Source: Candidatus Heimdallarchaeota archaeon B3_Heim
GTDB taxonomy: Archaea > Asgardarchaeota > Heimdallarchaeia > Hodarchaeales > Hodarchaeaceae
Direction: 5' to 3'
Length of the DNA stretch: 32,000 nt
Assembly: GCA_003144275.1 (NCBI GenBank)
Contig: NJBF01000008.1
Location: forward strand, 60,001-92,000
Both the position numbers and the translations under genes were made by a program. Within the stretch, counting starts at the first letter, position 1, and each line of letters starts with the position of its first letter. The notes beneath the pieces were generated by a model, which worked only from the letters and a program-made list of their open reading frames with translations, was not told the origin of the DNA and ran no database searches. Below are positions 28,519 through 32,000 of this stretch, piece after piece.

Positions 28519-29001
28519 TTATTGATTAGAATTAATCTCCTCAATTGCTTGATTAGGAGTTAAGACCCTAATACTATATCTAGAAGAATTTCCATTTTCA
28601 TCTGGATTAAGTTTTTCGATTAATCGCATATCTGCCGTGATCAATGTAGCTCTAGAGACATAAGCAAGTCTAATAAGATATTTGTCATCTTCAGGTAATT
28701 CACTTTCATCTACTAGATGATGTTCTTCGTCATTCCAAATCTGAAATTATGCCTTATTCGGGAACAACCTAAAAAGTAAACCAGTTAATATACTCGCATT
28801 TGATTTATTTCTTTCCTTTAATATTGAGATATGCTTGTAATAATGCTTCAGCAATTCATTGCTTACAAGTATCGAATCACACTGATATCCTATATCAATG
28901 AAGATTTTCAAAGCAATCGTGCTATCTTGATTTTGATGATCCACTAAATTAGAAGCATGCCTTAAGAGACATTCATCAAGTATGTAGTTTCTCCCTGTCA
29001 T
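28519..29001 (-). pseudogene. PIN-domain ribonuclease gene interrupted by one in-frame TAA (28747-28749)
   Basis: MTGRNYILDECLL...LFPNKA*FQIWNDEEHHLVDESELPEDDKYLIRLAYVSRATLITADMRL...IRVLTPNQA. The N-terminal D, central DD and ITAD match the PIN acidic residues. The start overlaps the end of the ATPase gene. Confidence 0.8.
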
Positions 29002-30265
29002 TTTCTTTCCCTTCTGGTTTAACACCAACTAGTACATCAATGTAACGCTTATATTGTTCTATATTTGCTTCAAAAAAATCAGGTAATCCTTCTTTTAATC
29101 GTCCATTTTTATCAAATTCTAATTCTTTTCCATAACAACCATTTCTGTCGTCCTTAAAGTGATAGAGAGCTAGTTCATGTTTCTTCAATTCTCCTAAACC
29201 GATCTTAGTTAATGCATGGTAGACTATGTGTTCACTATGAGTAGTGATAAGCAATCTTTTATTACAGTCAAGTGCTTCTCTAATGAAAACTTCGATTAGT
29301 TTTGATTGAGCACGAGGATGCAAATGTATCTCTGGTTCTTCTATAATAATTATGCTTTCAGGAGAAGCAAGAGCTAGTTGAGTTAACAAGAAAGCAAGCT
29401 GATTTAGCCCAAATCCTTCATTTAAAATTGATATATTAGGTATTTGTTCCCTTTTTTTTCTATCAACTTGCTTAACACTCTCTAGCGTAATTTTTTTCCC
29501 AGGAAATAATTTATCCTTTAAAGGCTTTTTTAAAATTTGATTACACCAAGAAGAAACAATTTCTAGAATCTCTGGTTTGTAAGCAAGAGTACTAATCCAT
29601 TTTGAATTTATTATTTCAAATCTCTCATTAGAGGGAGTTAAAAGGTTTTCAACTGGGTTATCTTCAAGAAATTCAAAGGGTTTTAAAGTTCCCCTTATGG
29701 AAGGAACATACCACAAAGGAAATAGATCATCTTCAATTATACTAAATGATGATGATAATTCTCTCCTGGTTTGGTTTAATACCCGTCTCTCCTCACCGGA
29801 TGAACTACTCGAAGTTATGTCAAATGGTTTTCCGAATTTTTTCGTTGGAGATATACTAATTCTTGTATTTTTACTGTAATGTAGTTGTTCGGGATTTACT
29901 TTAGCGTCACTTCCTTTTATGATACCATAAGGAGGTATCTTCAATTCTGCAAAGTAAGAAATTTTTCCGTTGCTTATTGTGATTTCTTCTTCGTACTGAA
30001 GCTTTTTCTTCCTTCCTTTCAATGTGAATTCAATAGGTATGGTTTGATCTCTGTTAAAAAATACATCTTCCAATTCACCAAATCTAATATTTTCCCCATC
30101 AATTACCAAGGTTTCTGATTCTAATGACTGTTTCAACAATAACATAGCTTGACCAATAGAAGATTTTCCAGACCCATTAGCACCTATGAGGATTGTAATC
30201 GGTTTTAATTCAATATTTGCTTCAACAATCCCTTTAAAATATTTAATACCAAGATATTCCAGCAA
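28976..30265 (-). CDS. AAA_15/AAA_21-type (ABC-like) ATPase with DUF3696-like C-terminus
   Basis: Walker A GANGSGKSS, NEGFGLNQL signature region, Walker B IIIIEEPEIHLHPRAQ, LLITTHSEH, ELEFDKNGRL...PDFFE. TTG start with AGGAG SD. Confidence 0.92.
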   Translation of the reverse strand: MLEYLGIKYFKGIVEANIELKPITILIGANGSGKSSIGQAMLLLKQSLESETLVIDGENIRFGELEDVFFNRDQTIPIEFTLKGRKKKLQYEEEITISNGKISYFAELKIPPYGIIKGSDAKVNPEQLHYSKNTRISISPTKKFGKPFDITSSSSSGEERRVLNQTRRELSSSFSIIEDDLFPLWYVPSIRGTLKPFEFLEDNPVENLLTPSNERFEIINSKWISTLAYKPEILEIVSSWCNQILKKPLKDKLFPGKKITLESVKQVDRKKREQIPNISILNEGFGLNQLAFLLTQLALASPESIIIIEEPEIHLHPRAQSKLIEVFIREALDCNKRLLITTHSEHIVYHALTKIGLGELKKHELALYHFKDDRNGCYGKELEFDKNGRLKEGLPDFFEANIEQYKRYIDVLVGVKPEGKENDREKLHT

Positions 30266-30388
30266 ATCTATCTCTCCTTTTGCTTAAGTGTTTAGTTCAA
30301 TTTAAATAAAATAAATCAATATATCAAAATAATGAATTACATCATATCTACAAATTTAATTACTAATTGTTTCTATCTTTTTTCAATA

Positions 30389-31441
30389 TTAAAAATACTC
30401 GTCTAAGGTTGAATCACCTTTTTTTGTTTCTTCTTTCTTCTTTTTCTTTCTTCTTTCTTGTTTCCATCTTGCTGTAAGTTTACAATAGATCTGTGCCATC
30501 GATGATCGGTGACGATGAGTTTTGAAAGGAGCAATCAGCATTGAATACGAACTTATCAGAATGGTGTCATTGTAAACCTGATTTTCCGTTGGATCCCTTA
30601 TTATGATCTGTTTTGATTTTAGAAACACTTCTAAACACTGTTTTAGGTGATTTGGTTTCGGAAATGGAGGAGAAGTTATACCAGTAGCCCCTTCTTCCAC
30701 CATATTTTTGAATTTCTCATATAACGTTCGTAAAGTGAATTCAAATGGCTCTAAATCCCAAGCACCTTTTCGAAAAATTTTAGGAGTTAATAATAATTGT
30801 TGAATTCGCTCACAAGTATAAGGGATGTTTGCATTTCTTAGAAAAAGAGGCCAATGATAGTATGAAAGGATGATTTCAGGACCAATTACTTTTATTTGCA
30901 TAAACATATTAGAAATATTTTTCTTCAACGTTTTTTCCTTCAAAAAGAAGTGATAACAATCAGAATTTGGATTAAATTCCCAGAGAAGGATTCCGAAATT
31001 TCTAGAAAAAAAAGAATTACATTCAGTATGTTTCGAAACGTATTCTTCTTTAAAATCTTGAAATGCACCATAATCTTTTTTAGGTAGGACAAATACAACG
31101 TTTTGTTCTAGAAACGGTAAAACAATACCATAGAGGTCATTATACAACAGTAAATCCTTGATTTGTTTCATACCATAATTCTCAGAAAATGAAGCCACTA
31201 TCTCAATTATAACAGCAGTACGAGTATCTTTTGAAATATAAAGGAGATCTGGAGTCCTTATTCCGACCGTCTTTTTGTCATTCATAAATTGATAAATATT
31301 TGTTTCAATCCCTCGGAATTTAAAATCATTTTTCTTAATTATAGGAAGCATTTCTAAAATTATGCAGAAATAAACATTAATAGACTCGTTATAGATTTTA
31401 TACTCCTTTTCGAGCTCTTCCCAAAGTTTACGTTTTCCCAC
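30389..31441 (-). CDS. Hypothetical protein with PD-(D/E)xK-like motif and C-terminal PIP-box-like tail
   Basis: RTPDLLYISKDTRTAVIIEIVAS; basic tail followed by DSTLDEYF. GTG start with GAGGGG SD. Confidence 0.7.
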   Translation of the reverse strand: MGKRKLWEELEKEYKIYNESINVYFCIILEMLPIIKKNDFKFRGIETNIYQFMNDKKTVGIRTPDLLYISKDTRTAVIIEIVASFSENYGMKQIKDLLLYNDLYGIVLPFLEQNVVFVLPKKDYGAFQDFKEEYVSKHTECNSFFSRNFGILLWEFNPNSDCYHFFLKEKTLKKNISNMFMQIKVIGPEIILSYYHWPLFLRNANIPYTCERIQQLLLTPKIFRKGAWDLEPFEFTLRTLYEKFKNMVEEGATGITSPPFPKPNHLKQCLEVFLKSKQIIIRDPTENQVYNDTILISSYSMLIAPFKTHRHRSSMAQIYCKLTARWKQERRKKKKKEETKKGDSTLDEYF

Positions 31442-31461
31442 CTATACCCCTCGCTTTTGAA

Positions 31462-32000
31462 TTATGTTGAAACGGAAAGAGGTTTTATATGCCAGGGAGT
31501 CCCAACACAGGAGTGAATAGATTCGATTAAAGCGGTGAGAGATGTATTATCAAAGTTCTGGTCGGCAGAAATACGAATAATATTTCTTACAGCAATTAAA
31601 ACAAACAAACTACCTGTTTTAGGATCAAAGACATTCAAATGAAGAAAAGGATTTCCTGAATGAATAGTGGTTGAAAGAAATCGTTCTTCAAGGTCTTTAG
31701 ATAAAGAATCTATTATTTGATTGAATTCTTCCTTTATAAGAGGAGCTTCAAATTCCAGTTCTAATACCTTACCTTGTGGGGAACCCATTACAGAAAAAGT
31801 AATTGGTTGTATATCATATTTTGATTTGTTTTCATTTCTTTGAGCAGTAATGGCGTTGCTAAAAATTGTAAGAAAGTCGTTAATACTCCCTGTCATTATA
31901 CCAATAGTTCCATCTTGAAAAATTCTTAATTTCAGAGGGGGAACGCCTATAGGAATTTCTAGAGATACATAACGCCATTTATTTCGTTTTTTATCAAACC
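31462..32000 (-). CDS. Hypothetical protein, C-terminal part; gene begins beyond the window
   Basis: The frame of the track ORF 31462-31896 stays open to the window end (FDKKRNKWRYVSLEIPIGVPPLKLRIFQDGTIGIM...). It ends 20 nt before the next gene. Confidence 0.75.
   Translation of the reverse strand, partial: FDKKRNKWRYVSLEIPIGVPPLKLRIFQDGTIGIMTGSINDFLTIFSNAITAQRNENKSKYDIQPITFSVMGSPQGKVLELEFEAPLIKEEFNQIIDSLSKDLEERFLSTTIHSGNPFLHLNVFDPKTGSLFVLIAVRNIIRISADQNFDNTSLTALIESIHSCVGTPWHIKPLSVST

Larger units (their letters stand above)
25710..32000. other. AT-rich accessory, probable defence island (continues beyond the window)
   Basis: Cluster of Schlafen/AlbA_2, PD-(D/E)xK, AAA ATPase and PIN genes. 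Spot G+C count is 16/60 at 29401-29460 versus 36/60 at 25261-25320. The left edge coincides with the truncation of cdc6. No integrase or att site seen. Confidence 0.55.

Noticed and set aside
28747-29028. Complete 93-aa hypothetical protein
   Set aside because: It is the N-terminal half of the PIN gene; the likely start is ATG 29001 and the frame continues past the TAA.
313-31087. Short antisense or overlapping ORFs in the track (313-609, 1632-1892, 1950-2189, 2310-2510, 2764-2991, 4558-4761, 5233-5463, 5633-5842, 6965-7147, 10267-10476, 13149-13331, 14652-14843, 15875-16084, 16185-16415, 16689-17054, 19399-19605, 19563-19841, 20119-20310, 26558-26875, 27423-27707, 29697-29879, 29885-30118, 30896-31087)
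   Set aside because: They lie within well-supported longer genes and show no recognisable motifs, so they are treated as shadow ORFs.
1-32000. Genome-wide or element-wide stop-codon reassignment (TAA/TAG to Gln)
   Set aside because: Core genes such as the histone, nfo and dinB end properly at TAA. The long island genes (LRR, Schlafen, ATPase) have no internal TAA/TAG, and the GTPase relic also has frameshifts, which points to decay.
1-32000. tRNA, rRNA, CRISPR array, IS element, integrase or att direct repeats
   Set aside because: No cloverleaf, regular repeat-spacer pattern, transposase or recombinase motif was recognised by eye; tRNAscan-SE, CRISPR and repeat finders would be needed to exclude them formally.

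Overview
AT-rich archaeal DNA, most likely from an Asgard archaeon (inference from an archaeal histone, a Cdc6/Orc1 relic, a Rag/Gtr1-like small GTPase, a long LRR protein and a stand-alone response regulator). About 1-20.9 kb is mostly ordinary chromosome: partial NAD-dependent epimerase, M6 metalloprotease, DMT transporter, endonuclease IV, flavin reductase, orphan N4/N6 DNA methyltransferase, histone, response regulator, two paralogous double winged-helix regulators, TPR protein, SfsA, DinB and a PadR-HAAS pair. About 20.9-32 kb is an accessory, partly decaying region. Manual translation across stops and frameshifts shows three genes that the ORF track splits or misses: a Rag/Gtr1-like GTPase pseudogene (24057-24698), a 5'-truncated Cdc6/Orc1 relic (24734-25705) and a PIN-domain gene with one in-frame TAA (28519-29001). 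A relatively GC-rich co-oriented block (Cdc6 - Rag GTPase - DUF4177 - wHTH/LRR/pseudo-GTPase) abuts an AT-rich probable defence island. That island holds a Schlafen/AlbA_2 membrane protein, a PD-(D/E)xK nuclease fragment and a candidate four-gene operon (unknown - PD-(D/E)xK-like - AAA_15-type ATPase - PIN). No rRNA, tRNA or CRISPR array was recognised. All family calls come from motifs recognised by eye; no database searches were run.
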